A DNA stretch of 64,000 bases from Candidatus Bipolaricaulia bacterium (GCA_042219045.1 JBDGQO010000049.1:1-64000), one strand, 5' to 3'; shown: positions 9,796-20,073, counted from the stretch's first letter. A program made the numbers and translations. The notes: generated by a model not told the origin, from the letters alone.

Positions 9796-11064
9796 ATGAA
9801 GGACCTGCAGCGACAGACGGAGATCAGCATGCTGGAGACGGCCCGCCATTTCTTTGACAAGGCGGCGGATCACATTCACCTCGAGGACGCGCTCCGCGAG
9901 CTGTTGCGCTATCCCAAGCGGAAGCTGACCGTCAACTTCCCCGTGCGCATGGACGACGGCAACACGCAACACATCGAAGCCTATCGCATCCAGCACCATC
10001 AGGCGCTCGGTCCGACAAAGGGCGGCATCCGCTATCATCCCGACGTCACCCACGAGGAAGTTGAGGCGCTGGCGGTGCTCATGGCCTGGAAGTGCGCCGT
10101 GATGCATCTGCCCTTCGGGGGCGCCAAGGGCGGCGTCCGCTGCCATCCCAAGGACATGAGCGAGGGCGAGCTGGAGCGCATGACGCGACGCTTTGCGGCC
10201 GAGATCGCCCCGATCCTCGGCCCCGACGTGGACATCCCGGCTCCCGATGTCTACACCGGCCAACGCGAGATGGCCTGGATCGTGGATACGCTCAGCATGC
10301 ACAACAACGCCCAGTTCATGCCCGGCTCGATCACGGGCAAACCGCTCATCTTGGGCGGCTCCAAGGGCCGCAGCACGGCCACCGGCCGCGGCGGCTACTT
10401 CGTGGCGCTCCAGCTGTTGAAGGAACTCGGCCTTGAGCCCTCCGACGCCACCGTGGCCGTCAACGGCTTCGGCAACGCCGGCACGGTCTTTGCCACAAAC
10501 TTTGACGAGCTCGGCGCCAAGGTGGTCGCGGTCAGCGACTCCAGCGGCGGGATCTACAACGCGGACGGGCTCGACATGCCCCACGTCAAAAAGCACAAGG
10601 ACCAAACCGGATCTGTTCAAGATTTTCCCGGTGCCGACGCCATTTCCAACCAGGAGCTGCTCGAGCTGGAGTGCGACGTGCTGGCACCCGCCGCGCTGGA
10701 GAACGTGCTCCACCGCGACAACGCGGACAACATCCAGGCAAAATCCGTCATTGAGCTGGCCAACGGCCCGACGACACTGGAGGCCGACGAGATCCTTTAC
10801 GACAATGGCGTCGCCGTGGTTCCCGACATCCTGGCCAACGCGGGCGGCGTGACGGTCAGCTACTTCGAGTGGGTCCAAGATCGGCAGTTCTACTTCTGGA
10901 GCGCCGAGGACGTGGACACCAAGCTGAAGGAGTTCATGGATCACGCCTTCCAGCAAGTCTGGCAGACCCACCAGAAGGACGACATCAACATGCGCACGGC
11001 GGCCTACGTCGTCGCCGTCGACCGCGTGGCGGAGGCGGCGCGAGCGCGCGGCCTCTACGCCTAA
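9796..11064 (+). CDS. gdhA: Glu/Leu/Phe/Val dehydrogenase (glutamate dehydrogenase-like)
   Basis: GPTKGGIRY, PFGGAKGG, DIPAPDV, ATGRG, GFGNAG, PDILANAGGVTVSYFEW; SD AAGGAGG. Confidence 0.92.
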   Translation: MKDLQRQTEISMLETARHFFDKAADHIHLEDALRELLRYPKRKLTVNFPVRMDDGNTQHIEAYRIQHHQALGPTKGGIRYHPDVTHEEVEALAVLMAWKCAVMHLPFGGAKGGVRCHPKDMSEGELERMTRRFAAEIAPILGPDVDIPAPDVYTGQREMAWIVDTLSMHNNAQFMPGSITGKPLILGGSKGRSTATGRGGYFVALQLLKELGLEPSDATVAVNGFGNAGTVFATNFDELGAKVVAVSDSSGGIYNADGLDMPHVKKHKDQTGSVQDFPGADAISNQELLELECDVLAPAALENVLHRDNADNIQAKSVIELANGPTTLEADEILYDNGVAVVPDILANAGGVTVSYFEWVQDRQFYFWSAEDVDTKLKEFMDHAFQQVWQTHQKDDINMRTAAYVVAVDRVAEAARARGLYA

Positions 11065-11100
11065 GAAATCGACAGCCCATCTGAACACCGCCTTTGGATA

Positions 11101-11141
11101 CGGAGAGCCGGCGCCCAAGCCTCCCGGGCGCCGGCTCTCCG
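11101..11141. terminator. Hairpin between convergent gdhA and porB; probable bidirectional terminator
   Basis: Perfect 16-bp inverted repeat CGGAGAGCCGGCGCCC / GGGCGCCGGCTCTCCG with a 9-nt loop. Confidence 0.75.
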
Positions 11142-11189
11142 CGTTTCGCCGATAGCTCGATCTGAGATGGACTCAACTGGATTGCCGCG

Positions 11190-12107
11190 TCAGTCGGGCC
11201 GTCCGGCGTCGCGGGTCAGCCGGTCCCAGCGCGCCTCGACCTCGGCCTGGATCTGTTCCAGGGCCTCCTCACCGAGATCGCGGAAACGGCCCTGGGCGCG
11301 GAAGTAAGCGCCTACCGGCAGTCCCTTGGGCTCCACGTTGATGGTCACGTGCTCGCCGTGGGTCATCTCGTAGAGCGGGAAGACCTTCGTGTCCACGGCC
11401 AACCGGGCGACGTCGATCGACGCCTCGGCGTCGATCTTCCAGCCCGGCGGGCACGGCGAAAACAGATGGATGAACTTCGTGCCGTTGATTCCCTGAGCCC
11501 TCTGGAATTTCTCGACGAGGTCGTCCGGGTAAGCCACATTGGCTGTCGCGACGTAGGGGACGCCGTGGGCAGCCAGGATGCGGACGATGTCCTTCTTGGG
11601 GCGCGTCTTGAGGCCGCCCTGAGGTGTCGTCGTCGTCCAGGCGCCCTCGGGGGTTGCTCCGCTGCGCTGGATGCCGGTGTTCATGTAGGCCTCGTTGTCG
11701 TAGCAGACGTAGAGAATGTCCTCGTTGCGCTCGGCCGCGCCCGAGAGCGCTTGCAGGCCGATGTCGAACGTGCCGCCGTCGCCGGCCCAGGCCATCACGG
11801 TCACATCATCCCGACCCTGCATGGCGAGCGAGGCACGCAGGCCCGACGCCGTGGCCGCCGCCGTCTCGAACGCCGTGTGGAACAGCGGCACGTCCACGGC
11901 GGAGGTCGGGTAAGGCCCAGCGATGATGGACCAGCAACAGGCGGGCACCACGACCATCGTCCGCTCGCCGAGCGCCTTCAGGGCCAACCGCATCGCCAGA
12001 CTGGCTCCGCACCCCGGACAGGCCAAGTGCCCCGGATGCATGTGCTCGCGCTCGGGGATCTGGAAGTTCGTCGTCCGTCCGTTAGGGGTCGTTTCCGTCG
12101 GCGTCAT
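11190..12107 (-). CDS. porB: 2-oxoacid oxidoreductase beta subunit (PorB/VorB type), set 1
   Basis: GHLACPGCG, GDGGTFDIG, YDNEAYMNTGIQRS, SPCPPGW. Confidence 0.9.
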   Translation of the reverse strand: MTPTETTPNGRTTNFQIPEREHMHPGHLACPGCGASLAMRLALKALGERTMVVVPACCWSIIAGPYPTSAVDVPLFHTAFETAAATASGLRASLAMQGRDDVTVMAWAGDGGTFDIGLQALSGAAERNEDILYVCYDNEAYMNTGIQRSGATPEGAWTTTTPQGGLKTRPKKDIVRILAAHGVPYVATANVAYPDDLVEKFQRAQGINGTKFIHLFSPCPPGWKIDAEASIDVARLAVDTKVFPLYEMTHGEHVTINVEPKGLPVGAYFRAQGRFRDLGEEALEQIQAEVEARWDRLTRDAGRPD

Positions 12108-13291
12108 CGGGACCTCCCGTTCGTGGCAACGGCTTCGGCCTGTTTGAGGCCGATCCAGTAGGGTTCCTCGGTCGGCTCGTCGCTCGTCTGGGCGATGTCC
12201 ACGATCTGATGGATGGTGTCCGGCGTGATGTCGCGCCCGCCCAGGCCGGCCACGCAGCCGAAGATCGTCGGCGCATCCGGTTGGCTGTAGAGCGCGCTCT
12301 TCAGCTCGGCGTGGAAGATGCCGTGATGGCCGAACGACAGGTTGCGATCGATCACGGCGACCTTGGGCACGCCGAGCAGCGCTGCCCGGACGGCCTCGAA
12401 GGGAAACGGCCGGAACGCGCGGATCTTCAACAGACCGACTTTTTCGCCGTGGGCGCGGCGCTCGTCGACCACGTCGCGGGCCGTGCTCGTGATCGTCGAG
12501 GCCGTGGCCAGGACGACGTCGGCGTCGTCGGTGCGGTACGCCTCGACCTGCCCGTAGAAACGCCCGAAGCGCTCCCCGTACTCGTGGCCGACCTCGTCGA
12601 TGGCGTCCTTGGCCTCGTCGAAGCCCTGCTGGATCTTATGCCGGAATTCGTAATAGGCGTCGGGCGTGACGAGCGACCCGAACGCGTGCGGGTCGTCCAC
12701 GTCCATGCGGACAGTGGGCTCATATGGCGGCAGGAAATCGTCGACGTCGGCTTGCTCGGGGACCTCGACGGACTCCGAGGTGTGCGAGAGGAAGAACGCG
12801 TCCAGCACGATCATCGTGGGCAGCTTGACGCGCTCGGCGATCTTGAAGGCCTGAACGGTCGTGTCCAGCACTTCCTGGTTGGACTCGCAGTAGAGCTGTA
12901 GCCAGCCCGTGTCACGTTGGGCGAGGCTGTCGGTCTGCTCGCTCCAGATCGACCAGGCCGGCGCCATGGCACGGTTGACCTCGGCCATGACGATCGGGAG
13001 CCGCGCGCCCGTGGCCCAGTGGAGCACCTCGTGCATGAGCGCCAAGCCCTGCGACGAGGTCGCGGTGAACGCCCGCGAGCCGCCGGCGGACGCGCCGATG
13101 CAGCTCGCCATCGCGGAGTGCTCCGACTCGACCTTGACGAACTTGGCCTCGAGGTCGCCGTGAGCACAGAGCTCGGCGAGTTCCTCGACGACGCCCGTCT
13201 GCGGCGTAATGGGGTACGCCGCGATGACGTCGACATGCGCCAGTTGCGCGCCGACCGAGACGGCGTGGTTGCCCATCATCACGCGCTTCAT
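12104..13291 (-). CDS. porA: 2-oxoacid oxidoreductase alpha subunit (PorA/VorA type), set 1
   Basis: AYPITPQT, VESEHSA, TATSSQGL, GLGGRDI. Confidence 0.9.
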   Translation of the reverse strand: MKRVMMGNHAVSVGAQLAHVDVIAAYPITPQTGVVEELAELCAHGDLEAKFVKVESEHSAMASCIGASAGGSRAFTATSSQGLALMHEVLHWATGARLPIVMAEVNRAMAPAWSIWSEQTDSLAQRDTGWLQLYCESNQEVLDTTVQAFKIAERVKLPTMIVLDAFFLSHTSESVEVPEQADVDDFLPPYEPTVRMDVDDPHAFGSLVTPDAYYEFRHKIQQGFDEAKDAIDEVGHEYGERFGRFYGQVEAYRTDDADVVLATASTITSTARDVVDERRAHGEKVGLLKIRAFRPFPFEAVRAALLGVPKVAVIDRNLSFGHHGIFHAELKSALYSQPDAPTIFGCVAGLGGRDITPDTIHQIVDIAQTSDEPTEEPYWIGLKQAEAVATNGRSR

Positions 13292-15048
13292 GCTTGTGAC
13301 ACCGCCTTCTCCTCCAATTGGAGCTCGATCGCCCCGCGCGGGCATTCGTGGGCGCAGATCCCGCAGCCCTTACAGTAGCCCGTGTCGATGCGATACGGGC
13401 GCTCGGGGTCGCCCGTGCGCAGCACGGCCAAGTCGGGACAGAAGACGAAGCAGTTGTCGCACTCGGTGCAGGTGCCGCAGTTGAAGCAGCGATTGGCCTC
13501 ACGTTGGGCGAACGAGTCGATGAAGCCGAGCTCGACCTCCTCGAAGTCGCCGGCGAGGTCGTGATAGCCGTTGCGCTTCGTTGTGGGCGTTCGCTGCTTG
13601 TGCGGGAAGTAGTGCGGATTGACGTCGTCGTACTCCACGACGCGCTCCGGATCGACGCCCGCGGAATCTCCCTGGACGTAGCGACGCATCGAGAGGCCGT
13701 CCGCGCGTCCGAGGCGAACCTCTTCCCGGATGGCGCTCGGGTCGGCGTCGTCGAACGTCCGGTCGATTGCCATGGCGGCCCGCTTGCCGCTGGCCAGCGC
13801 GTCGACGACGGTGTGGGGTTGCTCCACCACGTCGCCGCCGGCCCAGACGTTCGGATCGCGCGTCCGACCGATGTCGTCGACCGTGATCACGTTCCGAGTT
13901 GTCTGGAGGGTCTCAGGCATGAACGAAAAATCGGGCCCCTCGCCGATGGCGGTGATGACGCTATCGACCTCGCGGGTGATCGCCTCGCCCTCGATGGGGA
14001 TGGGGCGTCGGCGCCCGCTGTCGTCGGGCTCGCCGAGCCGCATGCGGACCAGTTCGATCGACGCGACCCGATCGTCGCCGTGGATGGCCACGGGGCTCAG
14101 CAGCGTGTGGATCTCGACGTCCTCCTCAAGGGCTTCGTCGATCTCGTCGGCAATCGCCGGCATCTCGTCCCGCGAGCGTCGATAGAAGACGTCGACCTCG
14201 GCGCCCAGGCGTCGCGCGGACCGAGCGACGTCCATGGCGGTGTTGCCGCCGCCGATAACAGCCACACGATCGCCGACGTCGATCGTGCCGCCCGTGTTGA
14301 GCGTCCGCAGGAATTCAAGGCCATCGTGGACGCCCTGGAGATCTTCACCGGACACGTCGAGCTGGCGGCTTCGCCCCAGCCCCGTGGCGATAAACGTCGC
14401 GTCGAAGTCGGCCAGTTCCTCCCACGGGCGATCCTCGCCCAATCGAGTGCCCGTCACGAGTCGAACGCCGAGGTCCAGCACGCGCTCGATCTCGCCCTCG
14501 AGAATGTCCTTGGGCAGGCGATAGTTGGGGATGCCGTAGCGCAGCACGCCGCCGGGCTCCTCGTCCGCCTCGTAGATCGTCACGCCATGACCGAGCCGCG
14601 CCAGATGATAGGCACAGGCCAGGCCAGCGGGACCGGCGCCGATCACGGCAACCGAGGTCGACTGATGTTCGCACAGCTTGGGGACGCGCTTGGCCTCGCG
14701 CAGCGCATGGTCGCCGAGGAAGCGCTCCACGGAGTGGATCCCGAGCGCGTCGTCGAACTTGGCCCGGTTGCATACGTCCTCGCAGGGGTGATGACAGACG
14801 CGGCCCGTGATCGCTGGAAAGGGGTTGTCCCAGACAAGCGCCTGCCAGGCGCCGTCCAGGTCGCCGTCGGCCAAGAGGCGCATGGCCGACTGGACGTCGT
14901 TGGCGTTGGGACACCCTTCGCGACAGGCCGCCGTGGCGTCGCGATAGATCGGTCGCAAGAAGCGCCACGATCCGGTCTTGTTCCCTCGGGTGTTGCCCGA
15001 GGTCATGGGCATCAACGGCATGCCGTTCTGTTGGGTTGCATCGCTCAT
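13288..15048 (-). CDS. PorD(delta)-GltD chimeric Fe-S flavoprotein
   Basis: N-terminal PorD-like NKTGSWRFLRP; GltD core (CREGCP, GRVCHHPCE, GAGPAG, YGIPNYRL, GGGNTAMD, YRR); C-terminal ferredoxin CTECDNC..CP and CKGCGIC..CP. Confidence 0.85.
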   Translation of the reverse strand: MSDATQQNGMPLMPMTSGNTRGNKTGSWRFLRPIYRDATAACREGCPNANDVQSAMRLLADGDLDGAWQALVWDNPFPAITGRVCHHPCEDVCNRAKFDDALGIHSVERFLGDHALREAKRVPKLCEHQSTSVAVIGAGPAGLACAYHLARLGHGVTIYEADEEPGGVLRYGIPNYRLPKDILEGEIERVLDLGVRLVTGTRLGEDRPWEELADFDATFIATGLGRSRQLDVSGEDLQGVHDGLEFLRTLNTGGTIDVGDRVAVIGGGNTAMDVARSARRLGAEVDVFYRRSRDEMPAIADEIDEALEEDVEIHTLLSPVAIHGDDRVASIELVRMRLGEPDDSGRRRPIPIEGEAITREVDSVITAIGEGPDFSFMPETLQTTRNVITVDDIGRTRDPNVWAGGDVVEQPHTVVDALASGKRAAMAIDRTFDDADPSAIREEVRLGRADGLSMRRYVQGDSAGVDPERVVEYDDVNPHYFPHKQRTPTTKRNGYHDLAGDFEEVELGFIDSFAQREANRCFNCGTCTECDNCFVFCPDLAVLRTGDPERPYRIDTGYCKGCGICAHECPRGAIELQLEEKAVSQA

Positions 15049-15635
15049 GATGGACTCCCTGTCTCGATCATCTGGCCCACCAGTTGGGGCCCTCGAACGG
15101 CCTCGTAGGCCTCGCGCGCGGCCGCCTGGTTGGCCTCCGTCCCCGACGGCACCGCCTCGGCAATGGCCGTCAGGATCGCGTCGAGCCCGACGGCGCCGCT
15201 GGCCTTGGCGTACGCCCCCAGGATCGCCGTGTTGACGATCGGCTGTTGGGGCGTGCCCAGGCCGTGCTCGACGGCAATATGACTGGCATCGACGGTGGCG
15301 ATCCGGAAGCGCCCCAGATGGCCAAACTCGTCTGGAGGCCGCTCGCTGTTGACCACGATCAGCCCCTCGCGCTTCAGGCCCGTCGCCACGTTGACGGTCT
15401 CGATCAGCGTGGCGTCCAGGACGATCAGATGATCGGGCTGATAGATCTGCGAGCGGACGCGGATCGGCTTGTCGTCGATGCGAGTAAACGCCATCACGGG
15501 CGCGCCGCGCCGCTCCACGCCGAAGGCGGGGAACGACTGGACGGATCGACCCTCGTGGAACGCGGCCGAGGCGAGGGCTTTGGAGGCGATGACCGCGCCC
15601 TGCCCGCCGCGTCCGTGACATCGGATTTCGATCAT
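15045..15635 (-). CDS. porC: 2-oxoacid oxidoreductase gamma subunit, set 1
   Basis: EIRCHGRGGQG, FGVERRGAPV, NTAILGA; SD GAGGAGG. Confidence 0.9.
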   Translation of the reverse strand: MIEIRCHGRGGQGAVIASKALASAAFHEGRSVQSFPAFGVERRGAPVMAFTRIDDKPIRVRSQIYQPDHLIVLDATLIETVNVATGLKREGLIVVNSERPPDEFGHLGRFRIATVDASHIAVEHGLGTPQQPIVNTAILGAYAKASGAVGLDAILTAIAEAVPSGTEANQAAAREAYEAVRGPQLVGQMIETGSPS

Positions 15636-15688
15636 GCGAACCTCCTCACTCGCGTCGGTCTCCGCTCGGGGAGACCGCGCGTTGCCCG

Positions 15689-16636
15689 CTACACTTCCAG
15701 GTATCGGTCCTGACACTTCTCGACGATGCGCGCCCAGTCCTCGTCCACCTGCTTCTGGAACGCCTTGACGTGATGGCGATTCCCCTCGTCAAAGAGGTGC
15801 TTGAAGCGCTTCTGCGGTTTGAGCCAGGCTTCAATGGGTTCCGGATCCTCCGGGGCGTAGTTGAGCCAGAACTCCCCGTTGATCACCTCGTAGAGCGGCC
15901 AGAAGCGGGTCTCCACGGCCAGCCGGGCGATCTCCGGGGTCTGGCTCGGGTCGAAGCCCCAACCGCGCTGGCAGGGCGCCAGGACGTTCAGAAAACTCGG
16001 GCCGTCGACGCTCATGGCCTGTTCGACTTTTCGGACGAGATCCTGCCAGTGCGAGAGCGAGGCCTGGGCCACGTACGGGACGTGGTGCGCGATTGCGATG
16101 TCGGTCAGGTCCTTGCGTCGCTGGAGCTTGCCCAGGCTCTCGTCGCCGACGGGACTGGTCGTCGTGTTGGCGAACGGGGGCGTGGCGCCGCTGCGCTGGT
16201 TCCCCGTGTTCATGTAGGCCTCGTTGTCGTAGCAGACGTAGGTGAAGCGATGCCCGCGCTCCAGCGCGCCCGACAGCGATTGGAGCCCAATGTCATAGGT
16301 CCCGCCGTCGCCGCCGAAGGCGACGAAGCGCATCTGTTCGGGGACGTCGTGGCCCTTGCGCTTGAGCACCCGATAGGCCGTCTCGAGCCCACTCGCAGCG
16401 GCTCCGGCGTTCTCGAACGCCACGTGCAGCCAGGGCACGTTCCAGGCGCTCGTCGGGTAGCGCGTCGTGGCGACCTCCAAACACCCCGTGGCGTTGACGA
16501 CGGCCACGGGCTCGTCGATGGCGTTCAGGACGGTCCGGACGACGGGCGGAATGCCACAGCCGGCGCAGAGCGAGTGCCCGCCCTGGAATCGCTGCTCCTG
16601 CTCCTCGTTCTTATTGAGAATCTTGAGCGTCTTCAT
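15689..16636 (-). CDS. porB: Pyruvate/2-oxoacid oxidoreductase beta subunit, set 2
   Basis: GHSLCAGCG, ATGCLEV, GGDGGTYDIG, YDNEAYMNTG, APCQRGW. Confidence 0.9.
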   Translation of the reverse strand: MKTLKILNKNEEQEQRFQGGHSLCAGCGIPPVVRTVLNAIDEPVAVVNATGCLEVATTRYPTSAWNVPWLHVAFENAGAAASGLETAYRVLKRKGHDVPEQMRFVAFGGDGGTYDIGLQSLSGALERGHRFTYVCYDNEAYMNTGNQRSGATPPFANTTTSPVGDESLGKLQRRKDLTDIAIAHHVPYVAQASLSHWQDLVRKVEQAMSVDGPSFLNVLAPCQRGWGFDPSQTPEIARLAVETRFWPLYEVINGEFWLNYAPEDPEPIEAWLKPQKRFKHLFDEGNRHHVKAFQKQVDEDWARIVEKCQDRYLEV

Positions 16637-17826
16637 CGCTGTCTCACTCCCAGGTAATGCATGGTGCGCGGAAGGTCGGGATCCTGGATTGAGCGCAGGG
16701 CCGACGCCAGCTGCTCGGGTGTCACGTCGCGGCCGCCGAGGCCGTAGGCGAAGTTGTGCAGCGCTGGCATCTCGCCGCCCTCGGCCGCCAGCGCGGCCGC
16801 GATCTCGGCGTAAAGCGGGCCGGAGCTGCCGAAGGACAGCGCGCGATCGAGGACCGCCACGGCCTTGATCCCGCTTAGCGCCTCCACGATCGCCTTCTGG
16901 GGGAATGGCCGGAAGAGCCAGGGTTTTAACAGCCCGACCTTCTGACCGCGTTCCCTCAGGCGATCGACGACCGACTTGGCGGTACCGGCCGTGGAGCCGA
17001 GCGCCACGAGGACGTAGTCGGCGTCCTCCAACCCATAGCCCTCGTAGTAGCCGCGATACGACCGCCCGGTGGCGTCCTCGTATGATTCCTGAACGTCGAG
17101 GAAGACGTCGAGGCCCTGACGGAGGGCGATGTCCTGCTGGAGCTTGTGCTCGTAGTAGTAGTCCGGCATGTCGAACGGCCCCTGCGACGACGGGTTCTCC
17201 ACATCCACCAGCGGATATTGCGGCCAATACTGGCCGACAAAGGCTTTCGCCGTCTCGTCGTCCAGGAGACTGGCTGCTTCGGCCGAGTGCGTCAGCGTGA
17301 ACCCATCCAGGTTGACGAAGACGGGGAGCAGAACGTGTCCGTTCTCCGCCAAGCGCGTCGCCATGAGGGTGTAGTCGTAGGCTTCCTGGACGTTTTCCGC
17401 GAACACCTGGAGCACGCCTGAGTCCCGGGCGAGCATGGCGTCGGAGTGATCGGCATGGATGTTGATCGGCCCCGACAGCGCTCGGTTGCCGATGGGCATG
17501 ACGATGGGGCAGCGCATCGACGCGGCGATGTAGACGACCTCGATCATCAGCGCGAGGCCTTGTGACGCGGTTGCCGTCATCACACGAGCCCCGGCCGTCG
17601 ATGCGCCGACTGCCGCGCTCATGGCGGAGTGTTCGGACTCCACATTGATGATCTCGGTCTCGCTCAGGCCGTCGGCCACCATCTGGCTGAACGTCTCGAT
17701 GATGGGCGTCTGCGGCGTGATGGGGTAGACGGGGACGACGTCGGGCTCGATCTGGCGCATCGCGTGGGCGACGCCCTGAGCACCCGTCAACAGTTCGGCT
17801 CGGTTGAGATCGATCGCGACGCTCAT
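16633..17826 (-). CDS. porA: Pyruvate/2-oxoacid oxidoreductase alpha subunit, set 2
   Basis: YPITPQT, VESEHSAMS, NRALSGPINIH, YGLGGRD. Confidence 0.9.
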   Translation of the reverse strand: MSVAIDLNRAELLTGAQGVAHAMRQIEPDVVPVYPITPQTPIIETFSQMVADGLSETEIINVESEHSAMSAAVGASTAGARVMTATASQGLALMIEVVYIAASMRCPIVMPIGNRALSGPINIHADHSDAMLARDSGVLQVFAENVQEAYDYTLMATRLAENGHVLLPVFVNLDGFTLTHSAEAASLLDDETAKAFVGQYWPQYPLVDVENPSSQGPFDMPDYYYEHKLQQDIALRQGLDVFLDVQESYEDATGRSYRGYYEGYGLEDADYVLVALGSTAGTAKSVVDRLRERGQKVGLLKPWLFRPFPQKAIVEALSGIKAVAVLDRALSFGSSGPLYAEIAAALAAEGGEMPALHNFAYGLGGRDVTPEQLASALRSIQDPDLPRTMHYLGVRQR

Positions 17827-18722
17827 GAGGTCGCACTCCCTTCCGGAATCATGGAGATCGCGCCGGACGGACAGACCGCCTCGCAGATCCCGCAGCCCTT
17901 GCAGAATCGAAGGTCAAAGCCGGTCATCAGCCGGCCTTCGGTGATGATGGCGGGCTCGGGGCAGTGGACCCAGCAGAGCAGACAGTTGACGCAGGTGGCT
18001 TCGTCAAAGACCGGCTTCTCGTTGCGCCAGCCGCCCGTCTCGCGGCGCTCGCGGTTGGCTTCCGTGACGACCGCCCCGGGCAACAGATCCTGATACGGCG
18101 GCAGGCCGTCGGCCTCCGCCCCGTTCTCTGAGGCGTCAACAGCCACGGCGGCACTCTCGTCGGCTGGGAGCGACTCGATCCGATCGGCCCCTTGACGGAG
18201 CGCGTCGAGGTTCTTGTTGATGACCTCGTCGCCGAGCTTCGCCCCCAGAAACTGTCGAAGAGCCCCTTCCACGGCCTCGTCGGTCAGGATCTCGATCTGC
18301 CCCGCCACGGCGCCGAGGGTCGGGACGTTGGCGAAGCCACAGCCGGTCGCTTCGGCAATGGTTTCCGCGTCGAGGGTGATGATCTCGCCCGGATATCCCG
18401 TCAACTCGCGGATCTCGCTCGGGCGCTTCGTCGTGTTCAAGATCATTTTCCCCTGGGGCTTGAGCCCACCCGTGACGTCCTCGGCGTCGAGCAGCGTCTC
18501 GTCGATGACGACGGCGATGTCGGGCTCGTAGACGCCGGAGTGCACCACGATCTGCTCGTCGTTGAGACGGTTGAACGCTTTGACGGGGGCGCCGCCGCGC
18601 TCCGGGCCGTACTCGGGGAACGCCTGGGCAAATTTGCCGCAGTGCAGCGCCCCCATCGCCAGGATCTTGGAGACCGTGATCGCGCCCTGGCCGCCGCGTC
18701 CGTGCCAGCGAATCTCAAGCAT
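17823..18722 (-). CDS. Fused gamma-delta subunit (PorC-PorD), set 2
   Basis: EIRWHGRGGQG, YGPERGGAP, then TGGWRNEKP and CVNCLLC..CP / CKGCGIC..CP. Confidence 0.87.
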   Translation of the reverse strand: MLEIRWHGRGGQGAITVSKILAMGALHCGKFAQAFPEYGPERGGAPVKAFNRLNDEQIVVHSGVYEPDIAVVIDETLLDAEDVTGGLKPQGKMILNTTKRPSEIRELTGYPGEIITLDAETIAEATGCGFANVPTLGAVAGQIEILTDEAVEGALRQFLGAKLGDEVINKNLDALRQGADRIESLPADESAAVAVDASENGAEADGLPPYQDLLPGAVVTEANRERRETGGWRNEKPVFDEATCVNCLLCWVHCPEPAIITEGRLMTGFDLRFCKGCGICEAVCPSGAISMIPEGSATS

Positions 18723-20073
18723 CGGTATCCACTCCTTCGGCGCCGGTCGGCTCAATCTGCGCGTCGATCGCGCGAGCGGCCGTCTTGCCATGGGCGATGG
18801 CTTCCACGACCGTCGCGCCGCCGTTGGTGCAGTCGCCGCCGGCGAAGACCCGCGGGTTGCTCGTGCGGAAGTTCTCATCCACCGCAACCAGATCGTTGGT
18901 CAGTTCGAGTCCCTTGATTTGGGTGAAAAAGTCGGTCCGCTTCCGTTGGCCAAGCGCCAGCACGACGGTATCGGCGGGGACCTCAAAGTCGGTCCCCTCG
19001 ACCTTGACCGGCTTCGGCCGTCCGCCTTCGGGACTGGACTCCAGCCGCGTGTAGACGCACTCGATGCCCTCAACGCGCAGGTCGCCGACGATGCGTTCGG
19101 GGGCGACGAGCCACTGGAAGTGGACGCCCTCCCGGCGCGCGGCCTCGACCTCATGGCCGAACGCCGGCATCTCGTTGACCGTGCGCCGATACAGCACCGT
19201 CACGTTGCGCGCGCCCATGCGAACCGCTTCGCGCGCGACGTCGACGGCGGTGTTGCCGCCGCCGAGCACCACGACGTCATCGCCGACCTCGGGCGGGGTG
19301 CCCAGCTTCAGTTCCTCGATGAACTCGAGCGAGCGCCACACGCCGTCCATGTGGGAGCCCTCCATGGGCGGTTCCACGTCACCACCCAGGCCTGCGCCGA
19401 GGAAGAGCGCGTCGTGGGCGTGCTCCAGCTCCGTCAGCGGCACCTCGTCACCCACGCCAACGCCCCAGCGAATCGTCACCCCCAGGCGCTCGATCAGTTC
19501 GGTCTCTTGGGGCAACGGTTCGATCTGTTGCTTGTAGGGGGCAATTGCTGTCGGGACGAGGCCGCCGGGCATCTCGTGCCGTTCATAGATCGTTGGATCG
19601 TGGCCCAGTTGGGCCAGTTCGGCCGCACACGCGAGGCCTGCGGGGCCCGCACCCACGACGCCGACACTGAGGGGCGTCGAGGCTTGGGGCGTCAGCGGAT
19701 GCGCGTACGCCTCGGACGCGAGCGCTTGGTCGGTTGCGTAACGCTGGAGCCGGCCGATCTCCACGGCCCGTCGGCCCTCATCCAACAGCACACAGGCGCC
19801 CTCGCAGAGCTCGTCGACGGGGCAGACGCGGGCGCATGTTCCACCTAGAACGTTGCTGGCGAAGATCGTCTCCGCCGCGGCCGTCGGGTGGCCGAGGCGA
19901 ATCTCGCGGATGAACTTGGGCACGTCGATGCGGGTGGGACAGGCCTCGGCGCAGGGCGCCGGGCGTCCGTCGCGACCGCACTCCAGACAGCGACTCGCCT
20001 CCAGCACGGCCCGGTCGTCGTCCAGGGGCGGGTGAATCTCCTCAAAGACCGCCGTCAGTGTATCCGATCCCAT
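18715..20073 (-). CDS. Stand-alone GltD/PreT-like FAD- and NAD(P)-dependent oxidoreductase
   Basis: EASRCLEC..PCAEACP, RVCPVDELCEGAC, GAGPAG, GGGNTAVD, YRR, GGATVVEA. Confidence 0.87.
   Translation of the reverse strand: MGSDTLTAVFEEIHPPLDDDRAVLEASRCLECGRDGRPAPCAEACPTRIDVPKFIREIRLGHPTAAAETIFASNVLGGTCARVCPVDELCEGACVLLDEGRRAVEIGRLQRYATDQALASEAYAHPLTPQASTPLSVGVVGAGPAGLACAAELAQLGHDPTIYERHEMPGGLVPTAIAPYKQQIEPLPQETELIERLGVTIRWGVGVGDEVPLTELEHAHDALFLGAGLGGDVEPPMEGSHMDGVWRSLEFIEELKLGTPPEVGDDVVVLGGGNTAVDVAREAVRMGARNVTVLYRRTVNEMPAFGHEVEAARREGVHFQWLVAPERIVGDLRVEGIECVYTRLESSPEGGRPKPVKVEGTDFEVPADTVVLALGQRKRTDFFTQIKGLELTNDLVAVDENFRTSNPRVFAGGDCTNGGATVVEAIAHGKTAARAIDAQIEPTGAEGVDTDA

Noticed and set aside
13288..17836. 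ORF-track versions of 777 aa and 715 aa (also 5983-7329, 44293-46023) suggesting larger fusions
   Set aside because: The N-terminal extensions overlap upstream genes out of frame; the true starts are ATGs overlapping upstream stops.
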